From: Rebecca billardiae RCC1528
Taxonomy: Eukaryota > Protista > Haptophyta
Direction of reading: 5' to 3'
Assembly: GCA_965240325.2 (NCBI GenBank)
Contig: OZ251252.1
Location: forward strand, 310,001 to 374,000
Length of the DNA stretch: 64,000 bases
Shown one piece after another: positions 23,191 to 36,200 of the stretch. The position numbers and the translations under genes were made by a program. The notes beneath the pieces are model-generated. The model was given only the letters and a program-made list of their open reading frames with translations. It ran no database searches and was not told the origin of the DNA. Every line of letters starts with the position of its first letter. Position 1 is the first letter of the stretch.

Positions 23191-23951
23191 ACCTCGGTGG
23201 TGACGCCGTGTCGGGCGTGAGTGCCGCGGAGCGCCGGACGCGGCCCGACATCGCCCATCGATGAGTGCCGGCCCGTCGGCGTTCTTAAGTCTTGGCGGGC
23301 AGGGGCGGTTGCGCGGCCCGTTGGGCGTGCCCGCGTGGAGACGGGGGAGGGGGGTTGGCCGTGGGCGCGGGCCACGGGCGTGGTAGCGTTAGTACTGACC
23401 CGCGTTTGCCCCCCCGTCATGAGCACTACAGTCTACACGTGCTTCATTACAGTAAATAAATAAAAATCATTACAAGCGGCCCTGCGTGCTTGATCAGGTA
23501 CCGGCGGTCGGAGCCGCAGAGCCAGCATAATAAATATATGGCGCGCGTGGCCGCAGGCAGCGCGCAGCTTGGCGGACCGGCGCCCGAGTCACTAGTCCGC
23601 CGAAGTCCGCGCCGTCCGACGAGGCATGTCCCGTGTCCGCGGCCGGCCATTAATCGAACCATCCGGCCCATCCGCCACACGGACAGTGACAGACCGCCCC
23701 GGGACCGGCGACGGTCTCATGGCGCGGACCCTTGGCGTGAACCCGGTGCATCGGCACTGCTGGCAGCAAGGAGCGGCGCGCGTGCAGAGTGCGGCACCGC
23801 ATGGCACCTCGCCCAGCCGCCGCCTGCGCACCCGGACCAAAGTCCCCAACGGCCCGGACTCGCCACGCTCGGTCGGGGGCCGACGGTTTGGCGCCTCGGC
23901 GGGCGCGCGGGGTTGGTCCCGGACTGTCCGGCTGCAGAAGCCGGCGTGCGC

Positions 23952-26719
23952 TCAGCCGTACCAGATCTCGCGGAGGTACCTGCCCTGCGCGGCGAGCTCG
24001 GCCAGCTTGCCCTCCGCCTCCGCGTGCGACAGCCCCGCCTCCGCCTTCAGCACCGCCACCAACTCCGTGTGCACGTCCGCCGCCATCGAGCGCCCATCGC
24101 CACACACGTACACGTGGGCGCCGCCCGAGAGCAGCAGCTCGCAGATCGAGCGGGCGCACGCGAAGAAGAGGTCCTGCGGGGGCGGGAGGGGGGCGGGGCG
24201 TGCGGCTGAGCGGCGGGGCGGGTGGTGCGCACGGCCACGGCGTGCTGCAGCTCAACGCGCGCACACACCCGCACACGCGCACACACGCGCACACACACGC
24301 ACACACGCACACATGCACACATCGCGCACGCACGGAGCGATAGGCTTGTAGGCTGTGCCTGCGCGCGCGCGCGGACACACCTGCACGTAGTTCACGTTGA
24401 TGCGCACGTTGCGCCACTCGCCGGCCGAGGCGCTGTCGATGGCGTCGCGCGAGAACGCCTGCGCAGCCGCCGACGCGTCCGCGCGAGCGCACACAGCCGC
24501 AGCGCGCGCGCGCGCGGGCAGGGGCGCCACTGCGTGAGCGCGCGAGCCGGCCTCGCGCGCAGCGCGCGCGACCGCACACGGCACGCACCGCGTGGAGCCT
24601 GGTGAGCGCGCCCTCCTTCTCGAGCGTGCGCAGCTCCTGCTCGAAGAGAAAGTCGCCCACGCGGTGCTGGCAGCCGAAGAAAAGATGCGCTTCGCCCGGC
24701 GGCGCGCCCGCGCCCGCAGCCTTGGCGGCGGCGGCGGCGGCGGCGGTGGAGGTGGCGGTGGGCGCGGCGCCGGCGCGGAGCAGGGCGCGGCGGTGCTGCA
24801 GGAAGCCGACGAAGGGCGACACCCCCGTGCCCGGCCCGACCATCAGCACCGGCGTCGCCAGGCTCGGCGGCAGCCGCAGCTCGTTGCCCGTCGGCCGGCG
24901 TCGGTACACACGCACGCGCGGCACCGCCGCCAGCGCCGCGGGCTGGCCGCTGGCCTTGGCTGCCATGAACGCTTCGCCGAGGCGCGCGAGCATGCCGGAG
25001 CACAGCCCGACGCGCTCGCGCGTGCCGCCGCGCGCGGGGCCGCCGCCGGGGCTCGCGGGCGAGTCCGGCCGGCCCGTCCGGGAGAAGTCCGGCACCGGCG
25101 TCCGGTAGGTGACGAGCGAGAAGGCGATCCGGACTTTCTCCGGACTCTCGAGCGGCGAGGAGGCGATCGAATAGGAGCGCTCGGCGAGCGGCGGCAGCGC
25201 GTCGAGCAGCGCCCAGATGGGCGGCCGGCTCGACGGGTACATCGCCAGCAGCTCCGACAGCGTCGGCCGCTCCGCCGCGAGCTGCCCCGAGCGCGCCGCC
25301 GCGAGCGAGCGCAACTCCGCCGCGTCGGCGGGCGCGCGCGCGTGCTCGGCTAGCAGCCGCAGCAGCTGCGGCCGCGGCCAGCCTGCGCTCGCGCCGAGGT
25401 CGACGTGGCGCGAGAGCGCGACGCGCGGGGACAGCCCCGCGCCGCGCAGGTGCGCCGGCACGTCCTTCCCCTCCGGCGGCGAGAGCGGCGCGTCCGCGCC
25501 CGCGCCGTCCTCCAGCCCGAGTGCGGCGAGGCACGCCGCGACCTCCGCCGCCGGATTGGTCGGCAGGATCGAGATTGCATCTCCCGCCTCGTATTGACGA
25601 AGCGCGGCGGAGGCGCAGCCGCCGATGTCGAGGGTGAGCGTCATCACGCGCCGCCCGTCGTCGTCCACCGTGAGCCACGCCGCGTCGCACACGCCCGCCG
25701 CGTGCGCGCGCGCCGCCGAGCCTCCCTCCAGCTGCGCCCACGCCGCCGCGGCCGCGTCGTCGTCGTCATCCGCGTCCGCGTTGGCGTCGGCGCGCGCCGC
25801 CGCGGCCGGATGGGCGGCGGCGGGGTTGGGCGCTGAGGGCGTGGAGGCGCCGTTTGACGGCGCGCTCGGCGGCGCCTTCGTCGCGGCGGCGGCGGCGGCG
25901 GCGGCGGGCTGCGCGCCCGCGCCCGACGCCCCCCCGCCGCCGCCGTTGGCCGCCTGGCCTGGCGGCGGCGCGGGCGCGGACACGCCGTCGCCGTCGCCGT
26001 CGCCGTCGCCGGCGGTGCGCGCGGCCTCGAGCACGTCGACGAGGGCGAGGATGAAGGGCTCGACCGTCGCCTCGAGCAGCCCGGTGCCCTCGTCCGCCTC
26101 GCACCGCTCGATCACCTTCTTCGCGCCCAGCCGGCTCAGCTGCGCGTCAATCAGCCGCGGGATGGCCTGATACTGGTCGTAATTCGTGTCGCCGATTCCG
26201 AGCACCGCGTAGCGCGTGCGCGCAAAGAGGTCGGTGGGGTGCGCCTTGCGCTTGATGTAGCGCACGAAGGCCTCCGCGTTCTCGGGCGGGTCCCCGTTCC
26301 CTGCGCACGGCGGACACGGCCGCGCAAGGGGGGGACCCACGGGCGGACGCAGCGGTGAGCAGGCGCGCGCGCGCACTGCAAGCGCGGGCAGGCGAGCGCC
26401 TCGGGCGCGGCTACCGGCGCCGCGCGTGGGCACGCACCGGTGGTGGAGCAGACGACGACGACGAAGCGCTCCTGCTCCAGCTTGAGCTGCGCGCGCGCGC
26501 GCGGACGCGGGGCGGAACGTTGCCGCGTCAGCCGCGCGCGTGCGGCGCGCGCGTCCGGCGCGAGGCGCAGGGCGCGCATGCGCGACGCCCCACCTTCTTG
26601 AACTGGTCGAGGCATGCACATTCGGCGTCGAAGCCCTTCTCGGAGAGGGTGTCGCTGATCTGCGCGGCGATGCTGCGCGAGTTGCCCGTCTGCGTGCCGT
26701 ACACCACGCGCACGCGCAT
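23952..26719 (-). CDS. MTRR: Methionine synthase reductase (diflavin oxidoreductase); exons 26719-26594, 26486-26438, 26300-24589, 24458-24381, 24173-23952
   Basis: Flavodoxin part: YGTQTGN, VCSTTGNGDPPENA, YAVLGIGDTNY, ADEGTGLLEATVEPF. FAD/NADPH part: RSYSIASS, GLCSG, MVGPGTGVSPFVGF, FFGC, YVCGDG, RYLREIW. No CPR-type membrane anchor. Confidence 0.8.
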
Positions 26720-26992
26720 GCTGAGACCGCGTCGACGGTGACGGCCCGGGGCTGATGGCTGCTGCACAGCGGAGGGCGTCCTGATGCGCGGTGGCGCAGG
26801 GGCGTGACCGCGTGAGCAAAAAGAAAAGCATCGCCGATTCGCGATGTGCGGCACGATGGCGGCGCGCGGGGAAAAGTCCGGATGGGCGCCCGGACGCAAG
26901 CCGCGTGGCAACCTTCGACGCCCTGGCAGCGCACGCGACTCCAAGGCCTGTGCAGCTGCGCCCACACGCACGTGGGGTGAGCCGCGCGACCG

Positions 26993-28036
26993 ATGTTCGA
27001 GAAGGTGGTCATCGTCGACTGCCGCGGGCACCTGCTCGGCCGGCTCGCGTCGGTGGTGGCGAAGGAGCTGCTCAGCGGCCAGCGCGTGGTGCGCGCACCG
27101 GCGCGCACCGCGGCGCGGGCGGGCGCGGCGCGGGCGGGGCGTGCCACTCGCTGCCGCGCCGCGGCGCGAGCTGGCCGCCATTCAGGCAGCTGGGCCGTCT
27201 CGCGCGCGTGCTGGTCTCGAGCTGGCGCATCGAGCCTTCCACTGGCCACCGCATGCCTCACGCGCACCGTCTGCGCCCCATCCCACGCGCTCTGCGCGCC
27301 GCCGTTGCCGCGCGGCTGCTGTCTCGTGGCGTCGCTCCGCTGCCGGGCGCTCGTGCGTGTGCGTGTGCGTGCAGGTGTGCGTTCGGGCGGAGGACATCAA
27401 CATCAGTGGCTCGCGTACGCGCTCGCTCGCTCGCCCGCCCGCCCCCGTGCCCGGCGGAGCGCGCCACGCCCGCCGCTGCCGCGCGGCATGGCCACACCTC
27501 GCGCCGCCCAGCTCACCGCCGCCGCTGCCCCGCCGCCGCGCGCCGCCTCGCGCTCGGCTCGCGCAGTGTACCGCAATAAGCTCAAGTACGCGGAGTGGAT
27601 CCGCAAGAAGACGAACACGAACCCGTCGCACGGCCCGTTCCACTTCCGCGCCCCCTCGCGCATCCTCTACCGCGCGATCCGCGGGATGGTGCCGCACAAG
27701 ACGCCGCGCGGCGGCTCGGCCATGGACCGGCTCAAGTGCTTTGACGGGATCCCCTCGCCTTACGACAAGATGAAGCGGATGGTGATCCCGTCGGCGCTGC
27801 GGGTGACGCGCTTGAAGCAGGGGCGCAAGTTCTGCGTCCTCGGCCGCCTCTCCGCCGAGGTCGGCTGGAAGCACGGCGCCGCCGTCGCCATGCTTGAGGA
27901 GAAGCGCAAGGCGCGCGACAAGGCCTATTACGACGAGTCCAAAAAGGCGGCGCGCGCGGTCACCAAGGCAAAGGCGGCGGCGTCGAAAAAGATCGGCGCG
28001 GCGGCGGGCGTGCTCGAGGCGCACGGCTACGCCTGA
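26993..28036 (+). CDS. RPL13A: 60S ribosomal protein L13a (uL13); exons 26993-27088, 27375-27414, 27567-28036
   Basis: [66 protein letters not shown]; 201 aa after splicing. Confidence 0.97.
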   Translation: MFEKVVIVDCRGHLLGRLASVVAKELLSGQRVVRAPARTAARAGAARAGRATRCRAAARAGRHSGSWAVSRACWSRAGASSLPLATACLTRTVCAPSHALCAPPLPRGCCLVASLRCRALVRVRVRAGVRSGGGHQHQWLAYALARSPARPRARRSAPRPPLPRGMATPRAAQLTAAAAPPPRAASRSARAVYRNKLKYAEWIRKKTNTNPSHGPFHFRAPSRILYRAIRGMVPHKTPRGGSAMDRLKCFDGIPSPYDKMKRMVIPSALRVTRLKQGRKFCVLGRLSAEVGWKHGAAVAMLEEKRKARDKAYYDESKKAARAVTKAKAAASKKIGAAAGVLEAHGYA

Positions 28037-28347
28037 GGCGGACGCGTCGCGGCCGTCGACGCCGCCGGCAGGCGCAGCCGGGGCGCGCCCGCACCCGGGC
28101 TGCCCCCGAGCGAGGCCGTCCAGGACGGCGCCGCGGAGTCGGGTGACTCGACGACGTAAGTAACGGCGCAATCACCCGCGCGCACAGTCCACACCGGTGA
28201 ACGAGTCGCACCGGGAGCTGCAGATGATGACGATGCATTTTTTCATGATGGGGCGCTGACAGTGTGGCGGCCGGCTGCGCTGCGACCAGATCCGGTGCCA
28301 GCACGCGCGCTGCTGCCAGTCAGAGTGAGACGACGGCGCGCGTCGAC

Positions 28348-28860
28348 TAATTAATTATTATAAATTATAATATATATTATTAATATATATTAAATACTCC
28401 GCGCCGTTATTATTATTTTATATTAACGACGTGGTATGCAACGGGCAGGCGTCAGAGTCAGCAAGCTGTAGCAGCAGATCGAGCAGCAGAGACAAACACC
28501 AGGATCAGCGCTCCTCGCCGTCGTCCCCCCCCTCATAGTCGCCCATCAGCACTCCATCGCCGAGCGGAAGCTCGACGCACCGTCTGGCGTCGACGCGCAC
28601 GCGCCACCGCGGTGGTCGCGGTGCCACGCGTCGTCAGCCGTCGTCTCGAAGTAGTCGTCGTATGCAGCGCCCCCGCGGGCGCGTGCCCCCGGGCGCACGT
28701 GCGCCATGCGCGCGCGGGCGATGAGCATCTTGGCCTGGCCACGCAGGCAGCGCATGCCCAGCTCGCGCCGCATTATTATTTTATATGATGCGATTATTAT
28801 CATTATTGTTATTGTAAAGTAATACTATTTTTAAATTATAATATATACTACTATTATTCA
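28348..28860. other. Two AT-rich islands (~28348-28425, ~28772-28860) bracketing a coding-like fragment; second copy of ATATTAACGACGTGGTATGCAAC
   Basis: The motif at 28420-28442 is identical to 19551-19573. Confidence 0.7.
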
Positions 28861-29100
28861 TCAGCATCATAAGGCTGACAGGGTCCGAATGCTCAGTGAG
28901 TGCAACGAGCTCGCATGCGCGCCGCGCCGCCCTCCGAATCTGAGTCTGACCGCGGCTCGGCCCGGCTCACCCCGGCCCCCGGGGCTGGCGGCCCGAACGA
29001 ACAGTCCGGCCGAGAGCCAGCGACCGGGCACCGGCGCGGTCAGCGGCGACACTCGACAGCAGGAGCGCCATTCTCAAAAGTGAGGATGAGCGCGGGTGCA

Positions 29101-30536
29101 TTATTCGGCCGCCGCCGCCGCCGCTGCGCCCGCGCCCACGTTCTGCCCAATCTCGGTCGCGCACGAGTACAGGCCCTGCGCAATGGAGGTCTGTGGTGGG
29201 TGGGCGCGTGGCGGCCGCGGCGGCGCACGCGCGTGTGAGCAGTCTGTGTCAGCCAGTGCCAGCGCCGATGGGCACCGGGCGGGGTGGGCGGGCTCGTGAC
29301 GGGGGGCGGGGGCGGGCGCGCAGCCGGCCGCGCGCGCGGGTCCGCTGCGCGCACCGTCTGCAGCACCGAGCGCGCGCGCAGCTCCGCCAGCAGCCGAGCG
29401 AGCGCCTTGGAGCCGCCGCCGTCTTCTCCCGGTGCGGCCTCTAGCAGTGTCGCCGACGCGAGCCGCCCGCCGAGCGCCTCGAGCGCGGCGAGGGCGGGGA
29501 GCGTGCGCGGGTCGCCGGCGAGGATGGCGTCGGAGCAGCCCGCCTCGCGCGCGCGCGCGCGCGCCGACGCCCACGTCGCCTCGGCGAGGACCGCGGGGGA
29601 GAGAAGCTTCCCGGAAGTGGCGGCGGCGGCGCTCGCCACCGCGTCCGGCGCGGAGCCGCCGCCGCCGCCGCCGTCGGCGCCGCCCGCCGCCGCGCGGCCG
29701 TTCCCGCCAGCCGCCGCGGCCGCGTGCAGCGGCTGCTGCGCGCGCGCCGCCTCCGCAATCGCGTCGGCGCGCGTGAGCGACACAAACCGCCGGCCGGCGG
29801 CGCCCGACGCGCCGCCCGCCGCGGCGGACTGCTGCGCGACGGCGGCCGCGCACGCCTCCGCAACGAACGCACGGTCGGCGTCGGACGAGCCGTCCGTGAG
29901 CACAAGATGCAGCCGCGGCGCCGCCGCGTCGGACGCCGCGGCGGCCGACTCGGCGGCGCCGTCGGCGGCGGCGCCGCCGAGCGCACCGCCGGCCTCGGCG
30001 CCACCCTCTCCGCCGGCGACAAAGGCTCGCACCACCTCGGCCTCGTAGCCCCGGAGGGAGGGCGGCACCCGGACCAGGCGGCGCGTGCCACCGAGCGCCG
30101 ACGCCAGCATGGCCGCCGGCAGCATGGCCGCCGCCCCCTCCGCGGCGCCGGGCTCGTCCGCCGCGCCGTCGCCGCCGCCGAGCGCCAGGCCGAGCCGCGC
30201 GCCGAGCGCGAGCGCAGTCGCCGCCTCTTCTGACAGCGCGGCGAGCGCGGCGGCGCAGCCGTCCGCCGACACGAACCACGGGCCGCCCTGCTCCTGCGCC
30301 GCCGCCGCGTCGGCGGGCGGGAGCGCCTCAAGCGCACTCGAACCGCCGAGCGCGCCCGCCAGCCGCGCGCACGTCTCGCGCTGCGCGCCGCCCTCGCCGC
30401 CAAACACCCAGACGGTGTCGGTTGGCCGGAGCAGCTGCGTCAGCGGCGCGGCCGGCGGCGGCGCGTCGGCGGCGGCGGAGGACTGGTCGGCGGCGGCCGC
30501 CGCTGTCGGCGTCGGGGCCGCCGCCGCCGCGCCGCC

Positions 30537-30569
<33 letters not shown>

Positions 30570-33117
30570 GCCGCGCGGCGCCACAACCTCATCAGCCTTG
30601 GTCGCGCGCTGCCGCGGCGCGGCGGCGGCGGCTCCGGCGGTGGCGGCGGTGGCTGCGCCGCCCGCCGGCGGGAGCGGAGCGAGGGCCGCCGGCGAGAAGG
30701 GCGGCGCGCCGAGCGTGGCGAGTACGGCGCCGACGATGCCGCCAACGCCGTGCGCCGCCGAGGGGCGGAGTGTGATGGGCGCGCCGCCGCCGCCGCCGCC
30801 CGTGCCGCCGCCGTCGGCGCCCCCGCCCCCGCCCCCGCCCCCGCCGGCGGCGGCGGGTGGCAGCCATGCTGGCGGCAGCCATGCTGGCAGGTCTGCGAGG
30901 ATGGCCGCCACGCGCGCGTCGTACCGCCGGATGGCGTCGACACCGTAGCTGCCCGCGCCGCCGCCGCCGACCGCAGCGGCGGCGGCGGCGGCGGCGCCGC
31001 CCGGCGGCGGCGCGTGCACTCGGTCCGTCGGCGCGTACTCGGGCGCCAGCAGCACGCGCGGCGCCCAGAGCGCGCCGCCGAGCGCGCGGAGCGCGCGCGC
31101 GTCCGCCGCGGAGCAGTCGACGACGACGGCGCCGTCAAGCCCAAGCGCCGCGTCGCGCACGCGGCGCGCGGCGGCATCGGGGTCGGCCGCGGCGGGGTTG
31201 GTTGGATCGGCGTCGAAGCTCAGAACTGGGAGCCCGCCGAGCGCCGCGCCGACGGCGGCGCAGACCGCGCGCCCGGCGTCGCGCGTCGGCGCGAGTACCG
31301 CCACCACGTCCGCCGCGCCGAGCGACAGCCGCGGCAGCGCGGCCGCGGCGGTAAGGGCGTCGAGTGCGGCCGCGCACGGCGCGCCGCCCGCGCGCAGCGC
31401 GCCCGCGTCCGCGCGCGCGAGCCTGCCGTGGGATTCGAGCGCCGCGAGCAGGTCGGCGCGCACGCCCACGGGGCGCGGCAGCGGCCGAGCGGCCGCCTCT
31501 GCCTCCGCCTCGGCCGCGGCGGCGCCAGCGGGCCGCACGAACACGCACACGTCCAGCGCCAGGCCCGTCAGTTCCTCCAGCGTGCCGAGGGCCGCGACGG
31601 TGGTGGGAGCGCCCTGCAGCACTACGGACCCGCGCCGCGCCGCGCCGCCCACCGCCGCCGCCAGCACCTCGTTGGTCAGCGCCGCCGGCAGGATCTTGCC
31701 CGCGCGCGTGAGCTCGGCCGCGCGGCCGGCGCGCTCCGAGCCGGAGCGAAGCTCGGCGGCGAGCGCCGACGGCAGCGTGACGAGGGTGGCGCAGAAGGCA
31801 GCGGCGAGCTCGGCGGCCGCGCGCGCCTGCGCGTCCGCGTCGGAGCGCGCGCCCACCACCGCGACCAGCTTGCGCGCGCCGCCGGCGCCGCCGGCGCCGC
31901 CCGCGGGCGCGCCCGGCGGCACGCGCGGCGCGAGCGTCGGCAGCGGCGGCAGCGCGAGGGTCGGCGCCGCCGCGGCCAGCGCCTCAGCCGCGGCGCGCGC
32001 GGCAGACGCGTTAGCATCGCGCGTCGCGTCGTCTCTCTCCTCCACCGCCGCGCCCCCGCTCCCGCCGCCCTCCGCGCCACCCTTGCCGTCCGGCGCGCCG
32101 CCGCCGGCCACCGCCGACGCCGCGCGCCGCCGATCGCGCGCCGCCGCCTTCAACCCGTCGATGGCTCCGGCGGCCGCGGCGGAGCGACCACGCAGCGCGG
32201 CCTCGAGCGCGGAAGCGTCGGCCTCGGCCTCGGACGCGGAGGCCTCGGCGGCGGCGGCGCTCGCGTGCGCGCTCGCGAGCTGCGCGCGCAGCCGCGCGCT
32301 GTGCGCCGCCACGCGCGCGCGCACCGCCGCCGCCGCGCGCGCGGACGCATCGGCGATGGCGGCTGCGCGGAGGCGGCGGCGGCGGCGCGCGGCGGACACA
32401 CGGTCGGCGGCGGCGGGTCAGCCGGCGCGCGCACGCACACGCGCACGCGCACGCAGACACACACACACGCGGCAGCAGCAGCAGCGCGCGCGCGCGCGCA
32501 CCGCGCGCCGCCGCGTCGTCGGCGTGCAGCGCCGTCGCGCGCGACGCGTTATGGTCACGCGCCTGGCGCGCTTGTAGCAGCTGCGCGCTGAGCCCGTCGC
32601 GGCGCGCGTCCTCCTGCCGCGCGGAGGCGTCGTACACGCGCGCGTCGGCCGACAGCTGCGCCGCCTGCCGGTGCGACGAGGACGCCGCGCTCAGCAAGAA
32701 GGTGGCGGCGAGCTCGGCTGCGCGCGGCGCGGCGCGGGGCGAGGGCGCGCGGCGCGCGGCGCGCACGGCAGGCGGCCGCGCCGGCGGGGCGTGCGGTGTG
32801 GGCGTGAGCGCACGCGGCGCGCGCAGGCGGGCAGGGGCAAGCGGTCGTGCGCACGCCCCCAGCCCTCACGCCACACACGCGCCGCCGCGGGATCGCCGCG
32901 GGCGCCGCGCGGCGCCGCGGCGCGTGCGCACACCTGCTTGGGAGTGTGAGAGCTGCGCGCTGCCGCCGCCCTCGCGCGCGCGCGCGCGGAGGGCGCGGAG
33001 CGCCTCGGCGAGGGTGGGCTGGAGCGAGGTCTCGAGCACGCGCAGGCACTCCTCGTCCGACGCGTCCGGTGGCAGCGCCACGCGCGCGAGCTTGACGGCG
33101 TGCGCGCTCGGCAGCAT
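29101..33117 (-). CDS. DPY30/RIIa-like docking motif, coiled coil and up to four degenerate adenylate-kinase-like domains, ~1165 aa (exons 33117-32934, 32717-32502, 32362-29355, 29190-29101)
   Basis: LETSLQPTLAEALRAL..AELAATFLL is DPY30-like. LVAVVG..AELRSGSERAG..AGKILP..VVLQGAPTT and SGKLLSP..AILAGDPRT have NMP-kinase spacing. Introns are phase-compatible. Confidence 0.6.
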
Positions 33118-33249
33118 GGGGGACGGTGCGCGCGTCGCGGCAGGTTCTGCCCGAGAAACCGACGCCGCACCGGCAGGACACCTTTTCGTTTTCGTTCGTA
33201 CCGTAGCGCGGCAAGCGGCCGGAAAAATCGGAAGGATGGATGATAACTA

Positions 33250-36200
33250 CAGTCCTCTCAACAATAAATTACCCTATGGAGAGCACACCTGCACATCACA
33301 CCTTCTCCTGGCCGCCTAGGCTTGCATGACGGGCACCTGCGGCCCCAGCACTCTCCATTCGGTCGAGCTGCGCCCACCCATCATGACTTCAGCCGGGTGA
33401 GTGACAATTGGAGGACTCCTCTGGGCAGCACGTGAAGCCGGCCAGCTCGGACGTGACAGTGGCCGACAGGCTCTCGACTGGCTCCCACACCCCTTTCAGC
33501 CCAGCTTGTAGCACAGCGCGCCGCTGATTTTCGGCGGAGCCTCGTGTGCTGTGCTACAGGGCATACCCAATCAGCAGGTGGGCCGCTGGCAGGCTAGGTG
33601 CATCTGGTGCACTGTGGTGGCCATTCCCCGACCACCACCCGCAGAGACGTGGCCTGCGCACTGAAACAGCACTGCTCACGCCAGGCTGTGCTGCTAGGCT
33701 GGCTGCTAGGCAGTATCAAAGGCCATCCAGCTGCAGCGCCAGGGCCCACTACACAGCTGCTACACTCCCAGCCAGCCAGCCCACAGCCTGCTCAGGGGGT
33801 GAATTTCCATCCCTGCCTGCCCTCGTGGTGGTCCAGCACCCCCGCGCAGCACCCGTCAGCCGGTTGTGCATCTGCATTCAATTTATCTGACTGACTCAGC
33901 CCACACACCCGCCCAGCTCATACCCACCTGGTCTGTGAGGGCTATAGGTGCAGTAACAGATAGCATGCAGCAGTGGGCCTCAAACAGTGACTGAGCTGGT
34001 ATAGACAGCCAAACACAAGGGTAACCAATTGTTGAGGGGACTGATCGCCGACAGCTCATTGCTGAGGCTGCTGAGTGCTGCGAGGCAGGGGCTGCAAAGT
34101 CGAGCGCAGCTGGCGATCCAAACGCCCTAATGTAGCTATAGCGTCTTCTAGTAGTCTGTTCGGCTCCACAACGCGCCACTATGCAGCCTCCAGGCCACTG
34201 ATGGCCGCGCAGGGGCCCAGATAAGTCAGCCGCCAGCCCACAGCAGCCAGCCGTCAGCTGTCGTGAGTGGCACAGCCGATGTTGATCGACTCTGGCGCGC
34301 CCCCAGCCGCTGATTCAGCGTGAGCGGGGGCTGCGCCGAGCCCGCCGCGCGCGTGAGCGTGCCGTTGGGCAGCACGGGGGCCGCTCATACCGATCAGCCG
34401 ACCGATCAGCCGCCAGTCGTCAGCCGCCAGCCGCCAGCAGCCAGCTGTCGTGAGTGGCACAGCCGATATTGATCGACTCTGTCGCGCCTCCAGCAGTTGA
34501 TTCAGCGTGAGCGGAGGCTGCGCCGAGCCCGACGCGCGCGTGAGCGTGCCGTTGGGCAGCACGGAGGCCGCTCATACCGATCAGCCGACCGATCAGCCGC
34601 CAGTCGTCAGCCGCCAGCCGCCAGCAGCCAGCTGTCGTGAGTGGCACAGCCGATATTGATCGACTCTGTCGCGCCTCCAGCAGTTGATTCAGCGTGAGCG
34701 GAGGCTGCGCCGAGCTCGACGCGCGCGTGAGCGTGCCGTTGGGCAGCACGGGGGGCGCTCATACCGATCAGCCGACCGATCAGCCGCCAGTCGTCAGCCG
34801 CCAGCCGCCAGCAGCCAGCTGTCGTGAGTGGCACAGCCGATATTGATCGACTCTGTCGCGCCTCCAGCAGTTGATTCAGCGTGAGCGGAGGCTGCGCCGA
34901 GCCCGACGCGCGCGAGAGCGTGCCGTTGGGCCGCACGGGGGGCGCCCATGCCGATCAGCCGACCGATCAGCCGCTAGTCGTCAGCCGCCAGCCGCCAGCC
35001 GCCAGCCGCCAGCCGCCAGCTGCCGTGAGTGGCACAGCCGATGTTGATCGACTTCTTCCGTGAATTCGCCCACGCCGCCGTTGAACGTCAGCACGACGTG
35101 CGTGTGCTTCTCAAGGCGGGGCACTTTGCCGTGCTTGCATCCAACCTTGGCACGAGCGCCTGCACCAACGGGAACCTCACCCATCGTGCCGATGCCGAGG
35201 GCGGCCGGGCTTGATTGCTCTCTTTACATTACCAGGTACGTGGGTCGGCACCGGAAGCTTCTGATGAGCCGGCCGGCCGTTCGGTCTGGACCGGGCCCGG
35301 CCGCGGGTGGACGCCCGCCGACCGGCGCCGGCGGGTCTTACAAATGGTACGATACGTACAGTCGTGGTCAGTACTTTAACAGTCATCCGTGGTTTTGAAA
35401 GGCTCATCCTTGGCTGAAGAGCCGCGCGGCGCGGGCACAACATGATGGCGAGTTGGCGGCGAGGAGTCACGCACGTGGCAGCAGCGCGCGTTCCTATCCC
35501 CAGGCGACGCGGCGTGACGCGCGCGTGCATGGCACGGGCAAGGCCGCGCTCGAGCGGGCTCTCAAAAGAGCCCACGCCGGCTGAGCAGTGACTGTGCGCC
35601 ACACTCCGCCGCTCGTGCGCTCGCCCCCGTGCGCATGCGATTGTGGATGCTCACGTGGCACCCCAACAGCCCTCTATAAAATGGGGCGCGTGATGGCCGG
35701 CTTCCAGGCGGTGATTCCAGACGTTCAACACATCGCCAAGCTGCCCGCAAAGCACGGCTGCCCTGAGACGCCTCCTCGTGCAATCAGCACAGTCCTCTCA
35801 ACAGTAAATTACCCTATGGAGAGCACACCTGCACATCACACCTTCTCCTGGCCGCCTAGGCTTGCATGACGGGCACCTGCGGCCCCAGCACTCTCCATTC
35901 GGTCGAGCTGCACCCACCCATCATGACTTCAGCCGGGTGAGTGACAATTGGAGGACTCCTCTGGGCAGCACGTGAAGCCGGCCAGCTCGGACGTGACAGT
36001 GGCCGACAGGCTCTCGACTGGCTCCCACACCCCTTTCAGCCCAGCTTGTAGCACAGCGCGCCGCTGATTTTCGGCGGAGCCTCGTGTGCTGTGCTACAGG
36101 GCATACCCAATCAGCAGGTGGGCCGCTGGCAGGCTAGGTGCATCTGGTGCACTGTGGTGGCCATTCCCCGACCACCACCCGCAGAGACGTGGCCTGCGCA

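Noticed and set aside
23952-26719. Cytochrome P450 reductase or NOS call for the diflavin reductase
   Set aside because: There is no N-terminal membrane anchor or oxygenase domain, and the flavodoxin motifs fit MTRR better. NDOR1 is not fully excluded without a phylogeny.
34225-35052. CRISPR-like array
   Set aside because: Whole 187-bp units repeat with no unique spacers, and there are no cas genes.
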